This document shows, one piece after another, positions 1 through 10,005 of a stretch of DNA of 35,431 nucleotides. The notes under the pieces were generated by a model. The model ran no database searches. It was given only the letters and a program-made list of their open reading frames with translations, and was not told where the DNA came from. Positions within the stretch are counted from its first letter, which is position 1. Every line of letters begins with the position of its first letter. A program made the translations under genes and the position numbers. The stretch comes from Minisyncoccota bacterium. GTDB lineage: Bacteria > Patescibacteriota > Minisyncoccia > Phycocordibacterales > JAACPR01. The stretch lies in assembly GCA_043728995.1 (NCBI GenBank), contig JAYTLZ010000023.1:1-35431 (forward strand), read 5' to 3'.

Positions 1-1
1 A

Positions 2-343
2 TTTCTAAAGCCTGATCCAAAGGCGGAGACGCTCGTATCCGGACGTGAGGGAGTCGCAGGAAGCCTAGCCAGCAAGGATGCGCAGATAATCGGTTCCCAG
101 ATCTCACAGGCACTCCTCAATATCGAGCAGATTACTCTTAAGCGTGCTCTCTTCGAGAATCCGTTGTTTACGTCACTTAAGGATCGAAGCGAGCCGATCG
201 TGGACGAGCCAATCGGACGATCAAACCCGTTCGCACCCCTTGGAGACACGAGCGTCAACTCAGGTTCCAGAACCAGTCTAAATCTGAGCGCCACCAGCAC
301 CGCCTCAACAACCAGGTCTACCGCGACGTCGACTCCTAACTAA
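2..343 (+). CDS. 5'-truncated protein of the type IV pilus cluster (GRxNPF motif, PilP-like/CPR pilus accessory)
   Basis: Frame 2 is open from the window start (FLKPDPKAET...DEPIGRSNPFAPLG...) to TAA at 341-343, directly upstream of pilB; not in the ORF track because it has no start. Confidence 0.6.
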   Translation, partial: FLKPDPKAETLVSGREGVAGSLASKDAQIIGSQISQALLNIEQITLKRALFENPLFTSLKDRSEPIVDEPIGRSNPFAPLGDTSVNSGSRTSLNLSATSTASTTRSTATSTPN

Positions 344-351
344 CATACGCC

Positions 352-2073
352 ATGAGTTTCTTAAATTTTCTTGCGACTAAAAACATCATATCGCCGGAGC
401 AAGTTCCCTTGCTCAAGGAGCAGGCTAAGTCGGGCGAAAAAGCCCTTGATGCTATTTTGTATGAGACAGGAGTAACCAAAAACGACCTGTTGCAGACCAA
501 GGGTGAGTATTTTGGCGTACCATATCGCGACCTTGAGGGACTGAGCGTACCGTTCGAAGTTCTCAAGTACATACCTGAAGAGTCGGCAGTTCACTACAAG
601 TTCGTGCCGCTTGGAGTCGCTGACGGTTTTCTTGAGGTAGGAATCGTAAATCCTGAAAGTATCGAGGCTCGTGACGCTCTTAACTTCATCGCGACCAAGA
701 ACGACCTGCCGTTCAAGCTTTTTCTCATCTCCCAGGATGACTTCGACAAGGTGCTCGATATCTACAAGGGACTCTCAGGACAGGTGAACCAGGCGCTGAC
801 CGAGCTAGAATCCGAACTCTCCGAGGAGGAAAAGGAAATTAAGAAGCAACTTGAGGCTGTTTCGCACGGAAACGGTGACGATACTCATTTGGTCGAGGAT
901 GCTCCTGTGACAAAGATTGTGGCAACAATTCTCCGCTACGCCGTTGAGTACGGTGCATCTGACGTCCATGTCGAGCCACTTTCTGACAAAGTACGCGTGC
1001 GATTTCGAGTTGACGGAGTGCTTGCTACAAGTATTGTTCTGCCTCCCAAAGTAGAGAGTGCCGTCGTTGCTCGAATCAAGATCCTTGCCCAAATGAAGCT
1101 CGATGAGAAACGAAAGCCCCAGGACGGACGATTCCAGGCGCGTATCGACGGTCGCAAGATTGACTTCCGAGTGTCGACATTTCCTGTGTATTTTGGTGAA
1201 AAGGTCGTAATGCGAATCCTTGATCAGTATAAGGGTGTGAAGAAGATGGCAGAGGTTGGACTTTCGGACAGGTATCTCAAGATGCTCAAAGAGGCGATTG
1301 CAGAGCCATACGGAATGATCCTTATCTCGGGACCGACAGGGTCCGGAAAGTCCACGACACTGTACTCGATTCTAGGTGAGCTTGATACCAATTCTAAGAA
1401 CGTGCTCTCATTGGAGGATCCTGTCGAATATACCGTTGATGGAGTGAGTCAGTCGCAGGTGCGTGCGGACATTGGATATACCTTTGCAACCGGACTGCGA
1501 ACTACTCTTCGACAAGATCCTGATATTATCATGGTGGGAGAGATCCGAGATGGTGAGACGGCCAAGCTTGCGATACAAGCCGCGCTTACGGGTCACCTTG
1601 TGCTTTCTACCATTCACACCAATACAGCTTGTGGAATCGTGCCCCGACTGATAGACATGGGTGTCGATCCCTACCTTATTCCTCCTACGTTGATACTTGG
1701 AATCGGTCAGCGACTTGTCCGGAAGCTGTGTCCATCAAGTGGAGAGGCTGTCCCTGTGGAAGGAAGCGTGAAGACTATGATCGACAACCAGTTTGCAGAC
1801 CTGCCCGAGGAGTTTCGTCATGAGATTCCTCAAGCCGCTGAGATTATGAAGATCAAAGCGACTCCCGAGTGTCCGAACGGAACAAAGGGTCGGGAAGCTG
1901 TGTTCGAGATGTTCAAGATGTCCAAGGAGATCGAGGCGGTCATTCTCAAGAATCCAGTGGAGTCAGAGATCTATAAGGTCGCACGATCTCAGGGGTTGAT
2001 TACTATGAAAGAGGATGCGATCCGAAAGATGATGCTCAAGACTATCCCATTCGAAGAGATTAACGAACTATAA
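352..2073 (+). CDS. pilB: Type IV pilus assembly ATPase PilB/GspE family
   Basis: ASDVHVEP, RFRVDG, Walker A GPTGSGKSTT, LEDPVE, LRQDPDIIMVGEIRD, TGHLVLSTIHTN; MshEN-like N-terminus. Confidence 0.95.
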   Translation: MSFLNFLATKNIISPEQVPLLKEQAKSGEKALDAILYETGVTKNDLLQTKGEYFGVPYRDLEGLSVPFEVLKYIPEESAVHYKFVPLGVADGFLEVGIVNPESIEARDALNFIATKNDLPFKLFLISQDDFDKVLDIYKGLSGQVNQALTELESELSEEEKEIKKQLEAVSHGNGDDTHLVEDAPVTKIVATILRYAVEYGASDVHVEPLSDKVRVRFRVDGVLATSIVLPPKVESAVVARIKILAQMKLDEKRKPQDGRFQARIDGRKIDFRVSTFPVYFGEKVVMRILDQYKGVKKMAEVGLSDRYLKMLKEAIAEPYGMILISGPTGSGKSTTLYSILGELDTNSKNVLSLEDPVEYTVDGVSQSQVRADIGYTFATGLRTTLRQDPDIIMVGEIRDGETAKLAIQAALTGHLVLSTIHTNTACGIVPRLIDMGVDPYLIPPTLILGIGQRLVRKLCPSSGEAVPVEGSVKTMIDNQFADLPEEFRHEIPQAAEIMKIKATPECPNGTKGREAVFEMFKMSKEIEAVILKNPVESEIYKVARSQGLITMKEDAIRKMMLKTIPFEEINEL

Positions 2074-2147
2074 AAGCGCTGGGATTATTCCCCAACCGTG
2101 CTTTATTTACTAATAATAAAAAGTACTCTTGTGGTATACTTTTTCAT

Positions 2148-2525
2148 ATGACAGACACACCAAAAAAAGTAGTTTTTATTGATGATGATAAGTTCCTTCT
2201 CGATATGTATGTGACCAAGTTCAAGACTGCCGGATTCGAGGTGACCGCGTTCTCTTCCGCACAAGAAGCGCTCGACAGGATCAAGGAGGGAAACAAATAC
2301 GACGCTGTCGTGTTCGACATCATCATGCCGAATATGGACGGATGGGAGTTTGCCGCACAGTTTCGTGGTGCCAATCTTCTTCCCAAGGCAAAGTTCGTCG
2401 TCCTGAGCAACCAGAACCAGGGAGACGATCTCAAGAAGGCCAAGGAGTTCAAGGCAGACCTGTTTATCGTGAAGGCGCTCAAGACACCTTCAGAAGTAGT
2501 ACAAGAAATTAACAAAATTTTATAA
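2148..2525 (+). CDS. Single-domain response regulator (receiver)
   Basis: FIDDD acidic pocket, phosphoacceptor FDIIMPNMDG, LSN, conserved K in IVKA. Confidence 0.92.
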   Translation: MTDTPKKVVFIDDDKFLLDMYVTKFKTAGFEVTAFSSAQEALDRIKEGNKYDAVVFDIIMPNMDGWEFAAQFRGANLLPKAKFVVLSNQNQGDDLKKAKEFKADLFIVKALKTPSEVVQEINKIL

Positions 2526-2528
2526 CAC

Positions 2529-3590
2529 ATGGAATACAAGCACTTTTTAGACCAGTTACTTGACGCGGTTGTCGCGCAAACAGCATCAGACCTTCACTTT
2601 TCAGAAGGAAGATATCCGAGCCTTCGCGTAAACGGAGACCTTATTCCGCTGATGGACACCAAGATTTTGGAAAAGGGTGACACGGCTGGTCTACTAAAGC
2701 ATCTTGTATCCAAGGAGCTGATCGAACGGTTCGAGCAGGAGCTTGAGCTCGACTTTGCATTCGAACACACGCAGGGGAATCGCTTCCGAGGAAGCGCATT
2801 TGTACAACAGGGCAAGGTTGGTGTAGTGCTTCGACTTATTTCCAACAGAATTCCTACGCTTGAGGAGTTGAACCTGCCGGAGGTGCTCTATGACTTTGCA
2901 CGCAAGAAGCAGGGATTCTTTATTTTGGTAGGTCCGGTTGGACAGGGTAAGACAACAACGCTTGCATCCATGATCGAACGCATCAACCAGGAGCGCGCCG
3001 ATCACATCATCACGATCGAGCGACCGATCGAGTACATCTATACCCAGAAGAAGTCGATCATCGACCAGCGTGAGGTGCCTCTTGATACGAAGGACTTTTA
3101 CACAGGACTGATCGGAACACTGCGTCAGGACGTCGATACGATTTTGGTAGGAGAGATGCGTGACAAGGATACGATCATGGCTGCCGTGACTGCTGCCGAG
3201 ACGGGACACCTCGTGTTCTCGACGCTTCACACTAACAACGCTTCTCAGACCATCGACCGAATCATCGACTCGTTTCCAGCGGAGCAGCAGGACCAGATCA
3301 GAACGCAACTCTCGACTTCCCTGCTTGGAATATTCTCACAGCGCCTGATCCCCCGCATTTCCGGCGGAATGATTCCTGCATACGAGCTTTTAATTAACAA
3401 CAACGCAGTTGCCAACCTGATCCGCGAGAAGCGAACGCATGAGATCGACACAGTCATCGAGACCGGGCGCGATGTCGGCATGATTGACATGAACCGAACA
3501 CTCGCCGACCTGGTCCGCCGAGGGGAAATTACTGCAGAGGACGCGTTTGCATACTCAGTCAAGCCGCAGGTTCTAGAAAAACTAATGTAA
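2529..3590 (+). CDS. pilT: Type IV pilus retraction ATPase PilT
   Basis: ASDLHF, Walker A GPVGQGKTTT, LVGEMRD, AAETGHLVFSTLHT, AVANLIRE (AIRNLIRE-like). Confidence 0.93.
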   Translation: MEYKHFLDQLLDAVVAQTASDLHFSEGRYPSLRVNGDLIPLMDTKILEKGDTAGLLKHLVSKELIERFEQELELDFAFEHTQGNRFRGSAFVQQGKVGVVLRLISNRIPTLEELNLPEVLYDFARKKQGFFILVGPVGQGKTTTLASMIERINQERADHIITIERPIEYIYTQKKSIIDQREVPLDTKDFYTGLIGTLRQDVDTILVGEMRDKDTIMAAVTAAETGHLVFSTLHTNNASQTIDRIIDSFPAEQQDQIRTQLSTSLLGIFSQRLIPRISGGMIPAYELLINNNAVANLIREKRTHEIDTVIETGRDVGMIDMNRTLADLVRRGEITAEDAFAYSVKPQVLEKLM

Positions 3591-3593
3591 CAT

Positions 3594-4805
3594 ATGCCAC
3601 TTTTCATATACAAAGCAATAGACAAGGAGGGACAGCCGAAATCGGGAACGGTTGAGGCGGTGAACGTAGACGTGGCAATCGGATCGCTGCAGCGACGAGG
3701 TTTCATCATCTCTGCAATCAATGAGGCCAACGAGCAGAAGTCGCTTCTCGGTAAGAACTTGACCTTTTTCGAGCGCATCAGTAACAAGGAGATCGTGATC
3801 CTGTCGCGCCAGCTGGCGACACTCTTCAGCGCGCAGGTTTCTGCCCTGCGAATTTTCCGTCTACTTGGATCGGAAACCGAAAACCCGAAGCTATCGCGTA
3901 AGCTCAACGATATTGCGGAGGCACTTCAGGGAGGAAACTCGATCTCGGCATCAATGGAACGGCACAAGGACGTCTTCAACTCGTTCTACGTATCCATGGT
4001 GAAGGCCGGTGAGGAGACGGGTAAGCTGGACGAGACGTTCGTCTTCCTTGCAGATTATCTGGATCGCTCATATGAGGTGACTCAGAAGGCCAAGAATGCG
4101 CTGATCTATCCTGCCTTCATCGTCTTTACCTTCGTAACGGTTATGGTGCTCATGCTTACCATGGTTATCCCGAAGATTTCCTCGATCCTGGTCGAGTCTG
4201 GGCAGGAGATTCCGACGTATACCAAGGTCGTGATTGCCGTATCGGAGCTTCTGACCAACTACGGAGTGTTCGTGCTAATCGGTCTGGCTATCGGAGCGTT
4301 CTTCATGTTCAAGTTCCTTAGGACGGAGACTGGAAAGTCAGCGTTCGATGGGGTTAAGCTCGAGGTGCCGTATCTGGGTAACCTGTATTCCAAACTCTAT
4401 TTGTCGAGAATCGCCGACAACCTCAATACTATGCTCGCTTCCGGTATCCCGATGGTCAAGGCACTTGAGCTGACACGTGACGTGGTGGACAACCGCGTGT
4501 TCCTGGCAGCTATCAATCAGAGCTTGGAGGACGTGAAGGGTGGATCGCCAGTATCTGCAGCCTTTGCCAAGCATGAGCAGTTTCCAAACATTCTTATTCA
4601 GATGATGAAGGTGGGAGAGGAAACAGGTAATCTGGGCGAGATTCTTTCTACTCTAGCAAAGTTCTATCAGCGTGAGGTGACGAACGCTGTGGACACGCTT
4701 GTGGACATGATTGAGCCGATCATGATCATCCTGCTTGCCGTCGGTGTGGGTACGCTTTTGGCATCAGTTCTTATTCCGATTTACAACATTAGTTCGACGT
4801 TCTAA
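3594..4805 (+). CDS. pilC: Type IV pilus platform protein PilC/GspF family
   Basis: RQLATL, two T2SSF repeats with GEETGKL/GEETGNL, ALIYP, IEP...IPIY C-terminus. Confidence 0.95.
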   Translation: MPLFIYKAIDKEGQPKSGTVEAVNVDVAIGSLQRRGFIISAINEANEQKSLLGKNLTFFERISNKEIVILSRQLATLFSAQVSALRIFRLLGSETENPKLSRKLNDIAEALQGGNSISASMERHKDVFNSFYVSMVKAGEETGKLDETFVFLADYLDRSYEVTQKAKNALIYPAFIVFTFVTVMVLMLTMVIPKISSILVESGQEIPTYTKVVIAVSELLTNYGVFVLIGLAIGAFFMFKFLRTETGKSAFDGVKLEVPYLGNLYSKLYLSRIADNLNTMLASGIPMVKALELTRDVVDNRVFLAAINQSLEDVKGGSPVSAAFAKHEQFPNILIQMMKVGEETGNLGEILSTLAKFYQREVTNAVDTLVDMIEPIMIILLAVGVGTLLASVLIPIYNISSTF

Positions 4806-4835
4806 TTAGGGTGAAGTAATCCCCAGAATCAGTAA

Positions 4836-4862
4836 GAAAAAAGGCCCGAAAAGGGCCTTTTT
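4836..4862 (+). terminator. Intrinsic terminator after pilC
   Basis: AAAAAAGGCCC-GAAAA-GGGCCTTTTT hairpin, immediately followed by an extended -10 TGTTATAAT. Confidence 0.75.
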
Positions 4863-4879
4863 AGTGTTATAATTCCAAG

Positions 4880-7800
4880 GTGATGTATCTGCACCTGCCT
4901 TTTTGTAAATGTAAAAAAGTTCAGTCCCTCATTGGGACAATCGCGCTTGCGATTGTGCTTTGCGTATCGATACCTGCATCTGCCTCTGCGACGACATTTT
5001 TGGGAATGGAAGTTTCGGGTAAAAGTGCCCAGGCGAACATCTCAGGATTTTTTAATACGCTTTCGATCAGGGTGTTCTGTGGACTGACGGGACTGTTTGC
5101 TAATACGTGTGAGGAGCAAGGAATCGGACAGAGTGGGACCACTTCACCACAGAATGTTGTTACGGTACAAAATACTTCAGTAGTCGCCGTGCCAGCGCAG
5201 CCAGTAGTGACACCTGCAGTTCAGGTAACAGGGGCTGACGTGCGACAAACAGTTGTGGAACGAATCATTGAGCGCGTCGTGAGTCCTGTCGGGATTGCGG
5301 GCGTATCTCAGGAATATGTTGACGGGCGGCTCGCTGCGCTCGCCGCTGAACTGCGGGACGAGATGACCGACAGGACTATCACAGTCAGGACATCGTCCGG
5401 ATCATCAGGTGACAACTTCTCACGACAGGTCGACAGTATCTATGATGACATGAGCGAAAATATCAATGAGGCAATCGAGGGGCTGCAGACCGAGGATCAG
5501 GTCCTTACTCTGATCGCGGCTAACAGCACGGCCCTGCCGGTGGGTACCGCTGGCTACATACTGCAAGCGACAGGAACGACAACGCAGTGGGTCGCGACGA
5601 GCACGCTCGGGTTTGCGTCGGCGGGTGGGGACTGGACCGGAACCTTTGATGGGCAAGCAAGCTCGTTCTACCTCGCTCGTGCTAACCACAGCGGAACGCA
5701 GACCGCATCTACCATCTCTGACTTCTCGTCAACTGCGAGGGGACTCTTCTCATCTTCGGTAACAGGACTGACATACACGTCAGGAACGGGCACGTTTTCC
5801 CTTACCTCCGGTTACGAGATCCCAACAACCGCATCTACCACCGAGTGGACGAGCAAGGTCTCGAGCCAGTGGACGACGAGCGGCTCGAATATTTCATACA
5901 CAGCTGGTAATGTCGGAATCGGAACCACCACACCTGGTGCAAAACTGCATGCTTTGGCGACCACCGAGCAGTTGCGGCTCGGGTATAGCGCGTCCAACTA
6001 TCTATCAATGACGGTAGGTTCTACGGGATTAGTCACACTCAATGCTGTGGGAACGGGATCGGCTTTCACGTTCTCTGGCGACGTTTCCGCCCCTAACATA
6101 TCTATCGGCAGTTTCAATATAAACGGAACAACTGGTTTATTCAATGGAACTGCACAAACCGCAAACAGCGCATATTTAGGAGCAACTTCTGGTGCAGTTT
6201 TGGCGGTCAATAACGGCTCAAACTACGTGTATGATGACAATGCCAATGCACTGTCTGCCGTCTATGCCAACAATGCGGGCAGTGCGAGCTACGCGACTTA
6301 CGGCGCTAGCTCTAGCCTCACTCTTGCGGTCAACAACGGGGGATACGTGTACGATGATCTTGGCACTGCCTTGTCTGCCGCTTATGCAGACAACGCAGGT
6401 GTCGCGACCAATGCCTCGTCTGCGAACACTGCTAACGCAAGCTGGGGACAATTCTTCGTTGGAGGAGGATTTTTTCTCGACGCTGACAACAACCCGGTCA
6501 CTGGGATAAGCCTCGGTTCCGCATCTGTCCCCTCCGTTTCCTTCACGAGTGACACGAATACAGGAATCTGGTCACCCGCGGCCGATACCCTCGCGTTCTC
6601 AACCGCGGGCAGCGAAAGATTGCGTATCACTAGTGGAGGGAATGTCGGAATTGGAACGACAACTCCTGCAGCAAAACTTGCCATCACTGGAACCGCTGGA
6701 ACCGGCGATATCTTTGCAATCGCGTCTTCTACAAACGCTCGTTTACTTACTGTGACAAGCGCGGGGAATATTGGAATCGGAACATCCAATCCTGAAGGAA
6801 TTCTTTCTATAAATTCTGGTAACGCAGTTAACGATTGGATCCAAATGGGAAATGAATCAGCAACAGCCTCTAAATATATTGGATTAGCCACAGGAGCTTC
6901 TTTTGGCGCTAATCTCGGATTTTCTGGTATAGAGTTTGGCCCTCCCGCAGGAACCGGTGAAGGCTATCTTGCTTTTCATACTCACGATGCAGGTGTCAGT
7001 TCTGGTGAGAAGATGAGAATAGACAAGAGTGGAAACGTTGGAATTGGGACCACGACACCGGTGGCCAAGCTTGCGATCACGGGAACCGCTGGAACTGGCG
7101 ACATCTTCGCCATCGCCTCGTCGACCAACGCGCGGCTCCTGACGGTGTCAAGCCTAGGAAATGTAGGAATTGGTACCGATGCTCCAGCTCATAAATTACA
7201 CCTGAGCGATAGTGTCAATAACTTTCAGATGAGAATCGGAGGAACCTCCACCTTTAACTATGACATGGGAAGAAGCAACTTTGACGGCTACTTTAATTTT
7301 TATGGAAACAGGACGGCAGCAGTAGGGTATGTTTTTGGAGGAGTTGACGGTGAGAGAATGAGGTTGACATTTGCTGGAGATCTTGGAATTGGAACAACAA
7401 CACCCGGTGCTCGACTTAATGTTGTTTCCAGATCCGTTGCATCAACGACTGCAATGTTTGCAGGATTTAGCTCAGGTCAGACGGCTGATATATTGCAGCT
7501 TGCAAAGAACCCCGGAGCAACTCCAGGTCTTATATTCAGTGCCGGTGGAAGTCTTGGAATCGGGACAACGACGCCGACAGCACAGCTGCATACGACGGGA
7601 ACTGTTCGATTCTCAAATTTTGCAGCAGGTACGCTTATGACTGACGCGGATGGAAACGTGACCGCATCATCCGATGAGCGACTCAAGAACATCGAGGGCA
7701 ACTTTGACAGGGGACTCGAGGATCTTCTCAAGATCCAGACCATTTCATACAAGTGGAAGACCGAAACTGGATACGATACTGACTCAAGCTATGCTGGATT

Positions 7801-8416
7801 CTCGGCACAAAACGTTCAACTTGCGATCCCTGAAGCAATTTCAACGAACACAAAGGGCATGCTTTCCCTATCTGATCGTCCGATTCTCGCAACGGTGGTA
7901 AATGCCATCCGGGACCTGTCAGTAAAGTTTGAATCAATGGCCGCATGGTTTACTGGTGGCAGGTTCAACGTGCAGAGCGACATCTGTGTGGACGACGTCT
8001 GCGTGACCAAAGAAGAGTTCAAGGACATCCTCAGGGGCGGAGGGGGTAATCGGCTGTCGCCAACACTCGCACCGATGGATGATCCGGATCCTGTTCCAGA
8101 GGGTGACTCGTCAGGTGGTACTGAAGGGGGTAGTGAACCGGTGATTGACGGGTCGACAGGCAATGACGGAGCTGAGCCTCCGATCGTACCAGTTCCGGAT
8201 ATCGCTGTACCGGATGAAGGTTCCGAAACGCCTTCTCCGCCCGAGACGGGCGGTGACGCGCCGAATCTGGGATCTTCAGAGACATCCGATACTGAAGACT
8301 CTTCCGACGAGGGCGCTCCGGCAGATTCGGGCGACTCATCTTCGGGCGGTAACTCATCTTCGAGCAGCGACTCCAGCGGAAGTTCTGACAGTGGTTCTTC
8401 GGACGGTGGTGAGTAA
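4880..8416 (+). CDS. Large secreted/anchored fibre-like protein with GNVGIGT repeats and a C-terminal peptidase S74-type intramolecular chaperone domain
   Basis: N-terminal hydrophobic signal; about 7 G(N/D/S)(V/I/L)GIGT motifs; SSDERLKNI...YAGFSAQNVQLAIPEAI chaperone motif; acidic Pro/Ser/Gly-rich tail. Confidence 0.8.
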   Translation: MMYLHLPFCKCKKVQSLIGTIALAIVLCVSIPASASATTFLGMEVSGKSAQANISGFFNTLSIRVFCGLTGLFANTCEEQGIGQSGTTSPQNVVTVQNTSVVAVPAQPVVTPAVQVTGADVRQTVVERIIERVVSPVGIAGVSQEYVDGRLAALAAELRDEMTDRTITVRTSSGSSGDNFSRQVDSIYDDMSENINEAIEGLQTEDQVLTLIAANSTALPVGTAGYILQATGTTTQWVATSTLGFASAGGDWTGTFDGQASSFYLARANHSGTQTASTISDFSSTARGLFSSSVTGLTYTSGTGTFSLTSGYEIPTTASTTEWTSKVSSQWTTSGSNISYTAGNVGIGTTTPGAKLHALATTEQLRLGYSASNYLSMTVGSTGLVTLNAVGTGSAFTFSGDVSAPNISIGSFNINGTTGLFNGTAQTANSAYLGATSGAVLAVNNGSNYVYDDNANALSAVYANNAGSASYATYGASSSLTLAVNNGGYVYDDLGTALSAAYADNAGVATNASSANTANASWGQFFVGGGFFLDADNNPVTGISLGSASVPSVSFTSDTNTGIWSPAADTLAFSTAGSERLRITSGGNVGIGTTTPAAKLAITGTAGTGDIFAIASSTNARLLTVTSAGNIGIGTSNPEGILSINSGNAVNDWIQMGNESATASKYIGLATGASFGANLGFSGIEFGPPAGTGEGYLAFHTHDAGVSSGEKMRIDKSGNVGIGTTTPVAKLAITGTAGTGDIFAIASSTNARLLTVSSLGNVGIGTDAPAHKLHLSDSVNNFQMRIGGTSTFNYDMGRSNFDGYFNFYGNRTAAVGYVFGGVDGERMRLTFAGDLGIGTTTPGARLNVVSRSVASTTAMFAGFSSGQTADILQLAKNPGATPGLIFSAGGSLGIGTTTPTAQLHTTGTVRFSNFAAGTLMTDADGNVTASSDERLKNIEGNFDRGLEDLLKIQTISYKWKTETGYDTDSSYAGFSAQNVQLAIPEAISTNTKGMLSLSDRPILATVVNAIRDLSVKFESMAAWFTGGRFNVQSDICVDDVCVTKEEFKDILRGGGGNRLSPTLAPMDDPDPVPEGDSSGGTEGGSEPVIDGSTGNDGAEPPIVPVPDIAVPDEGSETPSPPETGGDAPNLGSSETSDTEDSSDEGAPADSGDSSSGGNSSSSSDSSGSSDSGSSDGGE
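6160..6425 (+). repeat. Two tandem ~40-aa repeats (LAVNNG..YVYDD...ALSA.YA.NAG)
   Basis: TTGGCGGTCAATAACGGC / CTTGCGGTCAACAACGGG and TACGTGTATGATGAC / TACGTGTACGATGAT duplications. Confidence 0.8.
6638..7177 (+). repeat. Dispersed 49-codon duplication (6638-6784 and 7031-7177)
   Basis: GNVGIGTTTP(A/V)AKLAITGTAGTGDIFAIASSTNARLLTV(T/S)S(A/L)GN(I/V)GIGT occurs twice. Confidence 0.9.
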
Positions 8417-8439
8417 AAGGGGCTTCGCCCCCTTTTTTT
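8415..8439 (+). terminator. Intrinsic terminator
   Basis: GGGGC-TTC-GCCCC stem followed by a T7 tract. Confidence 0.8.
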
Positions 8440-8467
8440 AACCCTGCCAACCTGATACTATAGGCCT

Positions 8468-9910
8468 ATGTCAGCAATTACGAGCCCGAGCGGCAAAGTG
8501 TATTACCCAGTGATCGGGCTTGAGATTCATGCCGAACTCAAGACGGAGTCCAAGATGTTTTCGTCATCCAAGAATGATCCGGACGAGGTTGGTCCGAACG
8601 TGAACATCAATCCGATTGATCTCGGTCATCCCGGAACGCTTCCTACTATTAATAAGAAAGCCATTGAGCACATGATCAAGGTCGGTCTTGCCGTGGACGG
8701 AACGATTGCGAACTTTACCGAGTTCGACCGCAAGAACTATTTTTATCCAGACATTCCAAAGGGATATCAGATCAGCCAGTTCAAGTATCCGATCGTATCG
8801 GGTGGACATCTTGCGGGCGTCGACATTACACGCATTCACTTGGAGGAGGATACCGGACTTTCCAAGCATGATCGCGGCGACTTCTCACTCGTAGACTTTA
8901 ATCGTGCAGGACTTCCGCTGATGGAGCTGGTGACAGAACCTGTGATTTCTTCTGCAGAGCAGGCTGTTCGATTTGCAAAGGAATTGCAGCTTGTGTTGCG
9001 GTATCTTGGAATTGCGGAAGCGAATATGGAAAAGGGAGAGATGCGCGTCGAGGCGAATATTTCCGTCTCTGATGTTGAGGGATTTTTCGGAACAAAGGTT
9101 GAGGTCAAGAACCTGAACTCGTTCAAGTCGGTAGAAAAGGCAATCGAGTTCGAGCTCGAGCGCATGATCATGCTCAACGAGGCAGGCAAGAAGGACGAGA
9201 TCGTCCAGGAGACGCGCGGATGGGACGAGAACAATCAGAAAACGTTCTCACAGAGAAAGAAGGAATCGTCCGATGACTACCGATACTTCCCAGAGCCTGA
9301 TTTGCCAAAGCTATATCTGCACGAGTTATTTAATTTGGATGAAATAAAGGGTGGATTGCCCGAGATCCCAGCCGGAATGCGAACGCGATTTGCCGAGCAG
9401 TATGGACTGAGTACGAAGGAGATTGAGATATATGTGCAGAACAAGCACCTTGCGGAGCTGTTCGAGGCGGTCGCACTGCAATCGCAAAGTCCCGCCGCAT
9501 TGCAGAAGGCGTCCAACCTGATTCTCTCTGACGTTGTCTACTTTTTGGATACTGAGCCTGGCGCAATCCTGCCGAGAGCAGAGACGTTCGCATCGATCGT
9601 GCGACTATTCGCAGACGACCAGATCACGTCACGAGGCGTAAAGGATTTGCTGCGACTCTCGATGACCAGCATGACCGAGATCGAACCAGAATCATTTGCC
9701 AAGGAACATGGCATGATCCAGCAGAGCAACGCGGACGACCTCCGACCGCTGGTTGAAAAGATTATTGCGGACAATCCGGGTCCAGTTGCCGAGTACCGAG
9801 CCGGCAAGGAGTCGGTACTGCAGTTCTTCCTCGGGCAGATCATGAAGGAGACGAAGGGGAGCGCAAATCCTAAGCTGACGACCCAGCTCCTACAGGAATT
9901 GCTGAAATAG
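8468..9910 (+). CDS. gatB: Asp-tRNA(Asn)/Glu-tRNA(Gln) amidotransferase subunit B
   Basis: IGLEIHAEL, FDRKNYFYPDIPKGYQISQ, IHLEED, DFNRAG, KVEVKNLNS, DYRYFPEPDL, C-terminal YqeY-like tail. Confidence 0.98.
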   Translation: MSAITSPSGKVYYPVIGLEIHAELKTESKMFSSSKNDPDEVGPNVNINPIDLGHPGTLPTINKKAIEHMIKVGLAVDGTIANFTEFDRKNYFYPDIPKGYQISQFKYPIVSGGHLAGVDITRIHLEEDTGLSKHDRGDFSLVDFNRAGLPLMELVTEPVISSAEQAVRFAKELQLVLRYLGIAEANMEKGEMRVEANISVSDVEGFFGTKVEVKNLNSFKSVEKAIEFELERMIMLNEAGKKDEIVQETRGWDENNQKTFSQRKKESSDDYRYFPEPDLPKLYLHELFNLDEIKGGLPEIPAGMRTRFAEQYGLSTKEIEIYVQNKHLAELFEAVALQSQSPAALQKASNLILSDVVYFLDTEPGAILPRAETFASIVRLFADDQITSRGVKDLLRLSMTSMTEIEPESFAKEHGMIQQSNADDLRPLVEKIIADNPGPVAEYRAGKESVLQFFLGQIMKETKGSANPKLTTQLLQELLK

Positions 9911-10005
9911 TTTTTTCGCAGTGGACACATGCCACTTTTATCAAGTGCTATTTATTCCAGTAAAAATCTTTACAGAACGCAGGACCGCACGTACACTAGA
10001 TACAT

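Noticed and set aside
6160-7177. CRISPR array or DGR template/variable repeat pair
   Set aside because: The repeats are in-frame coding duplications with mostly synonymous differences that are not adenine-specific; no reverse transcriptase or cas gene is present.
4880-8416. Prophage, suggested by the tail-fibre/S74-like domain
   Set aside because: No integrase, capsid, terminase or other phage genes; the protein has a signal peptide and sits between housekeeping genes.
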